In this document: piece by piece, positions 9,833 through 17,123 of the stretch | Position numbering within the stretch: position 1 is the stretch's first letter | Layout of the letters: every line of letters starts with the position of its first letter | Assembly: GCA_937915885.1 (NCBI GenBank) | Contig: CALGGP010000229.1 | Span: 1 to 50,446, forward strand | From: an uncultured Selenomonadales bacterium | GTDB lineage: Bacteria > Bacillota > Negativicutes > Selenomonadales > Selenomonadaceae | Reading direction: 5' to 3' | DNA length: 50,446 nucleotides | Notes under the pieces: generated by a model | Databases searched by the model: none | What the model was told of the DNA's origin: nothing | The model's input: only the letters and a program-made list of their open reading frames with translations | Position numbers and translations under genes: made by a program

Positions 9833-10683
9833 AATTTTTTGGACGGGAGGCTTTGATTCAACGCTTCGGGTCGTTCAATTGTCGCGTTACCCTATCAAAA
9901 TTCAACCGGTGTTTTGCAAAGGAGTTGCCGCCGACATCCGCAAAAGCGAGTTCTACGAGCTGCGAGCCATCAAACAGATATCAGCTTTGTTGCGCACCAA
10001 ACCCGGCGTCAAGGCTGAACTTTTGCCGCTGAAGATTGTTTATCGTTCGTCGGCCCCCCCCCCATTTGGATCAAGACTTCGTGTATGAACCTCTTCCGAA
10101 GGATCATGGGGTCGCCGTCGCCTTCCGCAAAATTTATATCTCAATGATGGCTCCGAGGCGCAACCAACTTGCGACCGGACGCGGGGTGCTCAACGCCGTG
10201 AATGTTGATCTTTATATCGATGCGCAGTACCAATGGCTTGCCGCTTATGCCAACAGTCGTGAGGCGCCCGTCGAGATCGGAATCACGGCGAGGTACGTAA
10301 ATAAATTTCTGGCGGCAATCGGCGGCGACGATGCAATCGATGAGATTGACAACGGTCTTTTCAAGCAATACGTTTTGAGTAAGGAAAGATGTAAATCTGC
10401 CGACGGCTATAAAATTTTCGGGGGCTTTGCGTTTTCGTTTTACGATGCGCCGCTCAAGCCCGAGTTGGTGAAAGAATATAGGCGTCTCGATTGCGAGGAC
10501 ATAATGAATTTGACGTGGTTCTGTTACGATCCCATTGACGGTGAACCATGCGGGCAGTGTTGGACTTGCGTGCATACTTATCGTGACGGCATCACAAATC
10601 GTTTCAGCCCCGCCGCACTCGAACGCTATCATAAACGCGAAAAGGAGTTGAGCTCAACTCCGAACAATGAGGAGGATACTTAG
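9819..10683 (+). pseudogene. QueC-like PP-loop ATPase, paralogue 1, interrupted by a frameshift in a C10 tract
   Basis: It has an N-terminal PP-loop WTGGFDST and a C-terminal Cys cluster CGQCWTCVHTYRDG (the QueC-type CGxCxxCxxRxxG). The ORFs 9819..10088 and 10036..10683 join if the C-tract is 9 or 12 long. Confidence 0.7.
10054..10063 (+). repeat. Homopolymer C10 inside QueC-like paralogue 1
   Basis: Counted directly. Both flanking ORF translations (SSAPPPF / RRPPPHL) run through it. Confidence 0.9.
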
Positions 10684-10686
10684 ACG

Positions 10687-11538
10687 ATGAAAATATATAA
10701 CGTCCTTTGGTCTGGCGGTGTCGACAGCACGTTTGTCGTGACACAGCTGTCGCAATACCCCGTGGTGATCCGACCGTTTTACATCAAGGGACAAACCTTT
10801 CGACTGTCGGAACCGCAGGAGTTGTCGGCGATCAAAGCGATCCGTGAGTTGCTGATTGCGGACGAGCGGACGAAGGCGGAGATCATGGAGCCGGAGATAA
10901 TCGAGGCGAGCGATCCGCGCATAAAGGATCGCGAAGTCGTCAAGGCTTGGCGTCGAATTTACATGCGATTGTTGGAGCGATATAAAGCCGAGCACAATGG
11001 AAAATTGCCGGCGGCGGGCAGCCAACAAATTTATGCGGATGGCGCCTATATTTCCCCGCAGTATGCATCGTTCGCCTCCTTAACCAAAAACTTGAACTCG
11101 GATTTTGAGATCGGAATTATTTATGCCGATCATGTTTCGTCGGCTTTTAATTCTTCGGATTCGATTTTGATCGAGTACGATGAACTGACTGAAAGGAAAG
11201 TTCTTCGGCTACGCGATGATATCTCGGACAAAGACTCTTACACTTTGTTTAAAGATATGCGGCTCCCGATTGCGGGACAAGGCATGGATAAACGCGATGT
11301 TTGGAAGTGGTACTCCGATCACGGCTATCTGATGGTGCGCTCGAAAACAAATTTCTGTCAAGCTCCCATTTCCACGGGGGGGGGGGCCGTCGAGCCTTGC
11401 GGAGTCTGCACACCGTGTATCTGCGTGATTCGAGAAGGTGTGCTTGAGCCCTTCACCGAAGCCGGTCTCGCTCGCTATCGCGACTACGAAGAAAATCATG
11501 AGAGGGAGCCTGAGCGTTTCAGACTTAAAGGTTTTTGA
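10687..11538 (+). CDS. QueC-like PP-loop ATPase, paralogue 2 (intact)
   Basis: It has the PP-loop WSGGVDST, the C-terminal CGVCTPCICVIREG motif and a GAGGAGGA RBS. It contains an in-frame G11 tract that encodes TGGGA immediately before the Cys cluster. Confidence 0.75.
   Translation: MKIYNVLWSGGVDSTFVVTQLSQYPVVIRPFYIKGQTFRLSEPQELSAIKAIRELLIADERTKAEIMEPEIIEASDPRIKDREVVKAWRRIYMRLLERYKAEHNGKLPAAGSQQIYADGAYISPQYASFASLTKNLNSDFEIGIIYADHVSSAFNSSDSILIEYDELTERKVLRLRDDISDKDSYTLFKDMRLPIAGQGMDKRDVWKWYSDHGYLMVRSKTNFCQAPISTGGGAVEPCGVCTPCICVIREGVLEPFTEAGLARYRDYEENHEREPERFRLKGF
11376..11386 (+). repeat. Homopolymer G11 inside QueC-like paralogue 2 (in frame)
   Basis: Counted directly. The translation is ISTGGGAVEPCG. 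Confidence 0.9.
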
Positions 11539-11556
11539 ACGAAGGAATTGCTGAGC

Positions 11557-12267
11557 ATGAATTTTGATCAATCGGACATCACAATCTCACACAATCGTCG
11601 GGTGAAGTATTTTCCGCGCGGCGAATTGTTGTGCCTCGAGCGGAGCGAACTTACGATGAATAAGGTTGCCGACTCCGGCACTTACCTTAAATATTTTCCC
11701 GAGGCTGTCTACATCGAAGACGCCGACGGAAGTCTCTACGGCATATTGACTAACGGCGACGTGTTGAAATCGCTGAACTTCGGCGAGCCGTTGATCAATC
11801 GGAAATTTTTTCGATTGGACGACGCATCGAAAATCCGCGCGGATTTTTTTCAAGAGTTCTTTGACCTGCATCGATCGGTCAGATGCATCCCGTTCGTCGA
11901 AAATGATCGGCTCGTCGGTGAGTGGCGGCTCCTCATCGGCGAGGAAGATTTTGAATCGAAAATGTGTTGGGAGCCGATCCAATCAATTGCCGATAAACGT
12001 TTAAGCGAGTTGGAGGGCAACGCCGTCGTTTGCGATCAAAAATCTTTTCGGGCGCGTCTGATCGAAAGTATTCGCGACGGACAGGATGACGGCAATAAAA
12101 TTATTCCGTTGTACGATGTCTATATGGAGTGCCTCATTCGTTTTTTGACGGGCAAATTTCGAGAGCATCACATTCCCTTCTTTTATGTCGAGGCGCCGTC
12201 GACAAAAAAAAATTCTGCACTCCGCCGATTGGATACAAGATGTTCTCCGTCGAAATCTCCGCACTGA
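11557..12267 (+). CDS. CBS-domain-like protein, probably the N-terminal part of a larger frameshifted gene
   Basis: The segments AVYIEDADGSLYGILTNGDVLKSL and CIPFVENDRLVGEWRLL resemble a CBS pair. The ORF leaves frame at the A9 tract and ends 55 nt later. With A8 it would read straight into ORF 12185..13609. Confidence 0.5.
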   Translation: MNFDQSDITISHNRRVKYFPRGELLCLERSELTMNKVADSGTYLKYFPEAVYIEDADGSLYGILTNGDVLKSLNFGEPLINRKFFRLDDASKIRADFFQEFFDLHRSVRCIPFVENDRLVGEWRLLIGEEDFESKMCWEPIQSIADKRLSELEGNAVVCDQKSFRARLIESIRDGQDDGNKIIPLYDVYMECLIRFLTGKFREHHIPFFYVEAPSTKKNSALRRLDTRCSPSKSPH

Positions 12268-13609
12268 GGATATTGCCCGCGACGAGTCTCAATTGCTCGA
12301 TCTCTACGATGACGACGCCGATCGGGCGTTTATGCGCGAGACGGAGTATGTCAATTTTGTTTATGTGGATCGGGGATATTATTTTAATCTGGCGGATTAC
12401 GACGGCAAGGGCTTGCATGTGGTCGACGGCAGGCGATTGACGACGGACGTTCCGAAAAATCCCGCGCGGAGGATTCATATCTTCGGGCAATGCACGGCGC
12501 GCGGCTCGCATGTGATCGACAGTCACACCATCGAAAGCTGCCTCCAACGAAAACTCAATGCCGCCTGCCCCGGCACATGGGAGGTTGTCAATTACGGTGT
12601 GGCGGGCAGAACCGGCGGCGATATGAACGATCTGAATTACATTCTGTGCTCGGATTTCCGCGCGGGCGACGTAGTCATTTGTCTTGCCGCCTATCGCGAT
12701 TCGACCGTGGAGCTTTTGAAAACATTCGGCGCGATTTGTCTTGAAACTTCGAGTGTGCTTGCCGCGCCGACGAACGTTGCGAAGTTGGGGCGTTGGTTTT
12801 TGGATATTCCGCTCCACATCAATCATCGGGCGTGCGAATTGATTGCGGATCATTTGTTTGCGTCGCTCGACGATCGGCTCGAGCTGTCGTCTCATTCGAT
12901 CGATGATGCAGCCCGCGAGCGGGTTTCATTTTATGACGAGTTCATGCCCGCCGTCGTCAACAGTCGAGCGTTTAAAAATTATATCGAGCGACTCAAAAAT
13001 ATTTTGGGTGATCAGATTATCAATAGGGGGGGGGGTGGATCATGCGGCGCGATCGTAATGAATTGCAATCCATTCACGCTCGGGCATCGATATTTGATCG
13101 AAGAGGCGGCGAAAACCGTCGAGACTTTGATCGTGTTCGTCGTGAGAGAGGATCGCTCGAAATTCCATTTCGCGGATCGGATCAGGTTGGTGCGCGAGGG
13201 CGTCAAAGATTTGACGAACGTCATCGTGGAATCGAGCGGGCAATTCATGATCTCGACGGAAACCTTCCCCGAGTATTTTTTCAAGAGTCAACTGCAGGAA
13301 GTAGCGATCGATTCATCTTATGATGTGAGGCTGTTCGGAAAATACATTGCACCGGCGCTTGGGATCACGATTCGATTCGTCGGCGAGGAACCGTTTGATG
13401 CTGTCACTTCGTCATACAATCGGACAATGCATGAAATTTTGCCGGAGTGCGGAGTCAAGGTCGTCGAAATTCCGCGCAAGAAGGTGAACGGCGAAGTGAT
13501 CAGCGCATCGAAGGTACGGGCGCTGTTGAAGGAAGGAAAAATGGAGGAATTACGGGCTTTCGTTCCGTCGCCGACATATGAGTATCTGCGTCAAAATTGG
13601 CGAAACTAG
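12185..13609 (+). CDS. Two-domain protein: N-terminal SGNH/GDSL-like region (weak) plus C-terminal CitC-type ([citrate lyase] ligase-like) nucleotidyltransferase domain
   Basis: The C-terminus GAIVMNCNPFTLGHRYLIEEAA...VFVV.ED.S.F.F..R..LV matches the cytidylyltransferase-like domain of citrate lyase ligase. The middle region (RIHIFGQCTARGSH...INHRACELIADHL) is SGNH-like only by eye. No RBS precedes ATG 12185. An in-frame G10 tract encodes the RGGGG linker between the domains. Confidence 0.7.
   Translation: MSRRRRQKKILHSADWIQDVLRRNLRTEDIARDESQLLDLYDDDADRAFMRETEYVNFVYVDRGYYFNLADYDGKGLHVVDGRRLTTDVPKNPARRIHIFGQCTARGSHVIDSHTIESCLQRKLNAACPGTWEVVNYGVAGRTGGDMNDLNYILCSDFRAGDVVICLAAYRDSTVELLKTFGAICLETSSVLAAPTNVAKLGRWFLDIPLHINHRACELIADHLFASLDDRLELSSHSIDDAARERVSFYDEFMPAVVNSRAFKNYIERLKNILGDQIINRGGGGSCGAIVMNCNPFTLGHRYLIEEAAKTVETLIVFVVREDRSKFHFADRIRLVREGVKDLTNVIVESSGQFMISTETFPEYFFKSQLQEVAIDSSYDVRLFGKYIAPALGITIRFVGEEPFDAVTSSYNRTMHEILPECGVKVVEIPRKKVNGEVISASKVRALLKEGKMEELRAFVPSPTYEYLRQNWRN
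12204..12212 (+). repeat. Homopolymer A9 at the junction of ORFs 11548..12267 and 12185..13609
   Basis: Counted directly. The two frames read STKKNSAL and RQKKILHS through it. Confidence 0.9.
13026..13035 (+). repeat. Homopolymer G10 in the inter-domain linker of the CitC-like protein (in frame)
   Basis: Counted directly. The translation is INRGGGGSCGAIV. Confidence 0.9.
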
Positions 13610-14426
13610 TCGGTGTCGAAACCAATCTTAGTGACGGCGTTGGTCGACAAGACTTTGTCGGTGAGGGGGGCGGATTGAGCGATCATTGCAGGAGAAATTT
13701 CATCGGAAGGCAATTCCCCTCCGATCAGCAACGGGCGTATGTCAACGGTGCCGGGCTCGGGCGAAGTGACGGCGACATCGCGAACTAACGATAGGCGCCA
13801 TAAGAACCAGCGACACTGAGCGACTCGGGGGTTTCATAAATGCGCTCGCGAAGGGCATCATCACTTTCGATGTCGGCGCCTCCGTCGGACGTGGTGATGT
13901 TGACTGCCGATTGCAGGAACGGTTGAGGATCGACTATCTGATCGATCTCTCCGACATCGTACCAATTCCCCGATGGTCCCCGCGCCGTGCACGTCGCCCG
14001 AGCCGGCATCGACAGCGTATTCTTCGGTATCGTCAAATCCTCGTCGAGCGCGAAATATACTCCGTCGCCCGCCGTAAATCTCACTCCGCGCGGAATTACC
14101 GTCGCCTTGCTCCTCAACGCCGACAGCGTCAATTCCATCGTCACCGTCGCCGCCGTCGCCTCCAGCCGCGTCACTCCCACCAGCGCTCCCAGATGATCAA
14201 GGTAATCGCCCGTCGAGTACGCCAGCAAATTCATCTTCGCGCATTGATCGATCAATAAGCGCTGCTGTTGGATCACTGCCTCCACCCCGCGCAAAAATAA
14301 TCGCAACGGATCGGCGCGCGCCAGCTTCCGCCCGAGCAGTTCTTCTACCGTTGATGTCACCTGCAGGTCGAGTTCGTCGATGTCGGCGTCCGCGAATGTC
14401 AACGATGGTAATTGTGTCAGTTTCAT
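13606..14426 (-). pseudogene. Baseplate J-like protein (P2 gpJ / XkdT family), frameshifted and C-terminally truncated
   Basis: The N-terminal 213 aa end ...ESLSVAGSYGAYR*. A second frame continues RDVAVTSPEPGTVDIRPLLIGGELPSDEISPAMIAQSAPLTDKVLSTNAVTKIGFDTD*, which is typical baseplate-J C-terminal sequence. About 10 aa are missing at the joint, and about 60 aa are missing at the end. Confidence 0.75.
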
Positions 14427-14430
14427 AATC

Positions 14431-14739
14431 CTAGCCTCCTTCGGCGATCGCTATTCGGATAATCGGCTCGAGCACTCCGTCCGACGTCCGTTCCGTCGTC
14501 AGCGATACCAACCGCGCTCGCGGCTCGAACGTCGGTATATCCTTCGCCAATTGCGCGCTCAACAGCGCCGACGCCGCTCCCATTGGTTTGTCCACCGCCG
14601 ACATTTCTATCCCGAACCCCCTGTCGATCGGCACCGTTCCCTTCCGAACGCCGACGATCATGCGCACGTTCTGCATCACTTCTTCGACGGTCGTTTGCGG
14701 CATCAATTCTATCGGCCCCTCCGTCAATCGTACTATCAT
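14431..14739 (-). CDS. Baseplate wedge protein, gp25 / P2 gpW / XkdS-like
   Basis: The pattern EEVMQNVRMIVGVRKGTVPIDRGFG...FEPRARLVSL matches the GPW_gp25 family. The start has an ATGA overlap with the upstream gene. Confidence 0.75.
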   Translation of the reverse strand: MIVRLTEGPIELMPQTTVEEVMQNVRMIVGVRKGTVPIDRGFGIEMSAVDKPMGAASALLSAQLAKDIPTFEPRARLVSLTTERTSDGVLEPIIRIAIAEGG

Positions 14740-15251
14740 TCTAACGCCTCCTTCAATGTCACGTCCGCCGTCACCAACACCGGCAAGCCCCATCCGTCCG
14801 TGTGCTCTATCTTAAATTCCAGCCCGCTCACTACCCATTTGTTTTTTCCATGCGCCCAGCCTCCGAGTATCAAATAATTGGCGTCGCCGTTCCTCAACAT
14901 CTCGAGCAGTTTGACGAGCTCCTCTTGCACGTCCACCCCCAGATCGGCGCTCAATTGCATTGCAAATGTGATCTCGTCCGGCTCCGTCCCGAGGAACTCG
15001 ATCACCGATTTGCCTCCGACTATGTCATGCGTTGCGTATCGAGCGCGCGCCTGTCGTTTGAAGTCGCGGAGCGTCTCTACTTTCCTCGATGAGACTTCGA
15101 ACACCACATCACCCAGCACTCCTATTATGTTGTCGTTGATATCCAGCCAGCCTAATTTTTCCTCGAGCAGTTTCAACGCCGTCTCCACGTACGGATTCGA
15201 TTTGTGCGGCACCTTGTCTTTCAATTTATATACTTCGCGTAAAAAATCCAT
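14736..15251 (-). CDS. Phage tail protein, P2 GpU-like
   Basis: The pattern ARYATHDIVGGKSVIEFLGTEPDEITFAMQL...GKNKWVVSGLEFKIEHTDGWGLPVLVTADVTLKE resembles the GpU family layout. The assignment is by eye only. Confidence 0.5.
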   Translation of the reverse strand: MDFLREVYKLKDKVPHKSNPYVETALKLLEEKLGWLDINDNIIGVLGDVVFEVSSRKVETLRDFKRQARARYATHDIVGGKSVIEFLGTEPDEITFAMQLSADLGVDVQEELVKLLEMLRNGDANYLILGGWAHGKNKWVVSGLEFKIEHTDGWGLPVLVTADVTLKEALE

Positions 15252-15252
15252 A

Positions 15253-15573
15253 TCAGCCTCCCACTATCACGTCCTCCGAGCCTTCTACTATCTCGCCCTT
15301 CTCACAACATTTTATGCATCTGGTTTTCACCCCCACATACGACAACTCACGCCCGTTCACCGTCACCGTCGAGCTCCCTCCGCGCACATAAAACATTCCT
15401 CGGTGCGGGCAATTGCACAGCCCTATATCGCCCCGGCTGATTGCTCCTCGTCCATTGATAACCACATTTGCACTTCCCGATCGACAGACGCCTTCCCGTT
15501 CGTGTGAACAGCATTTATGTCCGTCGTCGCATCGCCCCCGCTCATGATCTCCAACTCTGATTGCTCCAGGCAT
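15253..15573 (-). CDS. PAAR-like spike-tip protein
   Basis: Three PAAR-type repeats are present (GAIRVGD, GAISRGD and ...VNGRELSYVG), the protein is Cys/His-rich, and an AAGGAGG RBS lies 7 nt upstream of ATG 15573. Confidence 0.65.
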   Translation of the reverse strand: MPGAIRVGDHERGRCDDGHKCCSHEREGVCRSGSANVVINGRGAISRGDIGLCNCPHRGMFYVRGGSSTVTVNGRELSYVGVKTRCIKCCEKGEIVEGSEDVIVGG

Positions 15574-16310
15574 GATCGTGCCTCCTTTATTCGTCGTTCG
15601 CATATCGCCACGAACGGCGCGTGATTTTCAAAGCCCACGAAGTGTCGGTTGGTGTTGACGCACGCGACTGCCGTCGTGCCACTGCCCATGCACGCGTCCA
15701 ACACCAATTCCCCCTCGTTCGTGTACGTCTTTATCAGATACTCACACAGCCCCGTCGGCTTCTGTGTCGAATGAACCGAATAACTTCCCGTCACATTCAC
15801 CTGCAAAAAATAATCTATGATATCGATAGGATTGCGCCGTCCGTCCGATCGATCCGTCGTCGTCCGTTTTTTTGTCCCGTAATTCTGTGACGGTCGAAGT
15901 TCACTGTCTCTGTTGGCGAAGTACGGGCGTGAGTACCACCATTGCGGATTGTATGTCGGCAGCTTCCTGTAAAAGACGAGGATATTTTCATGAGCGCGGA
16001 GCGGCATCTTGTTCGCATTCAAAAACCCCACCGGATTCGACTTGTGCCATATCCATTCATAGCGGAACATCTTCCGATTGGCATTGATCAGATCGACCGC
16101 AAACGGCAATTGGCTGAAAATGACGATCGCCGCATTGTGTTTTGCGACCCTAAGGAATTGTTCCCACATCGGCTCGAGCGGCAACCGTCGGTCCCAGAAA
16201 TTTGCAGTCGACCCGTACGGCGGATCGCAGAGTACCATATCCACCGAGCCGTCGGGTATCCGATCCATTCCCGAGATGCAGTCCTCACACCAAATTTTGT
16301 CTATGTCCAT
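15423..16310 (-). CDS. DNA methyltransferase, beta-class, DPPY motif (probably N6-adenine), orphan
   Basis: The catalytic motif VLCDPPYG lies N-terminal, with STQKP and the AdoMet motif LDACMGSGTT C-terminal. The last 50 or so codons overlap the PAAR gene and look like non-conserved read-through. Confidence 0.8.
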   Translation of the reverse strand: MDIDKIWCEDCISGMDRIPDGSVDMVLCDPPYGSTANFWDRRLPLEPMWEQFLRVAKHNAAIVIFSQLPFAVDLINANRKMFRYEWIWHKSNPVGFLNANKMPLRAHENILVFYRKLPTYNPQWWYSRPYFANRDSELRPSQNYGTKKRTTTDRSDGRRNPIDIIDYFLQVNVTGSYSVHSTQKPTGLCEYLIKTYTNEGELVLDACMGSGTTAVACVNTNRHFVGFENHAPFVAICERRIKEARSCLEQSELEIMSGGDATTDINAVHTNGKASVDREVQMWLSMDEEQSAGAI

Positions 16311-16340
16311 TCAACCATGTCCTTTCAACGTGTAAAACGC

Positions 16341-16369
16341 TTGACATTCATACATAGTGCTGTTATAAT
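16341..16369 (+). promoter_or_regulatory. Consensus promoter TTGACA-N17-TATAAT with TG extension, driving hicAB
   Basis: TTGACA lies at 16341-16346 and TATAAT at 16364-16369, preceded by tgt. A GAAAGGAGG RBS and the hicA ATG follow. Confidence 0.65.
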
Positions 16370-16394
16370 GACACTTGAAAGGAGGCCGCAACCA

Positions 16395-16580
16395 ATGAAG
16401 ACTTCGGAGCTCAAAAAGATTCTCGAAGAGCACGGTTGCAGGAAGATCGGCGAAGGCGGCAACCATGAAAAATGGTTCAGCCCCATCACCGGCAAGCACT
16501 TTCAAGTGTGGCGGCACTCCTCAAAGGAAATGCCGCGCGGCACCCTGAACAAAATCCTAAAAGATGCAGGTTTGAAATGA
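16395..16580 (+). CDS. hicA: HicA-family mRNA interferase toxin
   Basis: The 61-aa protein MKTSELKKILEEHGCRKIGEGGNHEKWF...RHSSKEMPRGTLNKILKDAGL shows the typical HicA signature. The 5' part of ORF 15942..16580 is only a shadow of the methyltransferase gene. Confidence 0.85.
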   Translation: MKTSELKKILEEHGCRKIGEGGNHEKWFSPITGKHFQVWRHSSKEMPRGTLNKILKDAGLK

Positions 16581-16642
16581 AAGGCAGGGGCGGAGCGCCC
16601 GCCCCCAAGCCTCGTTTATAAAGCACTCGAAAGGGGATCATC

Positions 16643-17086
16643 ATGAAGTATTCGTATGTGGCGCTGTTCGATGCCGAGGACGCGGGCTTTAACGTGACGT
16701 TCGTCGACAGCGCCGATTGGATCACGTGCGGCTCGGACATAGCCGAAGCGGTGAAGATGGCGACCGACGTGCTAAACAGTTGGTTGACGGAACTCGAGGA
16801 CGAAGGCAAGCCGATTCCGCCGCCCACTCCGATCGCCGACGTCACTCCCGACGACAATCAATTGATCCGATTGATTCACGCCGACACCGACGCTTATCGG
16901 CAGCTGTTGAAGGAAATCGACGGCAATCCCATTCGCTATGCGCGCGAGCAGACGGGCATGAACATTAAGGAGTTGGCGGATTATCTTGGCGCGCCGTATC
17001 GCACGGTGCAGGATTGGAACTCGGGAAAAAATCGCCCGCCGCGTTGGTGCGAAAAATTGATCGTCGACAAAATCTGGTCGAAGTGA
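16643..17086 (+). CDS. hicB: HicB-family antitoxin with C-terminal HTH
   Basis: The N-terminal HicB fold (YVALFDAEDAGFNVTFVD...AEAVKMATDVLNSWL) is followed by a C-terminal HTH-like segment (GMNIKELADYLGAPYRTVQDW). It lies immediately downstream of hicA. Confidence 0.8.
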   Translation: MKYSYVALFDAEDAGFNVTFVDSADWITCGSDIAEAVKMATDVLNSWLTELEDEGKPIPPPTPIADVTPDDNQLIRLIHADTDAYRQLLKEIDGNPIRYAREQTGMNIKELADYLGAPYRTVQDWNSGKNRPPRWCEKLIVDKIWSK

Positions 17087-17096
17087 TCCGCGCGGA

Positions 17097-17123
17097 GCCG
17101 TCCGACATGGGCGGCTTTTTTTT
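17097..17123 (+). terminator. Rho-independent terminator of hicAB
   Basis: A 7-bp stem gccgtcc/gggcggc (one G-U pair) with a 5-nt loop is followed by T8. No U-run follows it in the opposite direction. Confidence 0.7.

Noticed and set aside
9819-11538. QueC-like paralogues as markers of a 7-deazaguanine DNA-modification (Dpd) system or type IV CBASS
   Set aside because: The window contains no tRNA-guanine transglycosylase/DpdA-like gene, no other queuosine-precursor genes, and no cyclase or effector. The context is carrier-protein and adenylation biosynthesis instead.
13603-13616. Imperfect inverted repeat at the two prophage boundaries (ACTAGTCGGTG at the left; reverse complement ACTGATCGGTG at 45586-45596), as possible transposon-like ends
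   Set aside because: Only 9 of 11 positions match, with no further extension. There is no transposase or Mu A/B-like gene, and both ends cut through genes. It is most likely chance.
15423-16310. Methyltransferase as part of a restriction-modification system
   Set aside because: There is no endonuclease-like ORF on either side; the neighbours are PAAR and hicA. It is best treated as an orphan phage methyltransferase.
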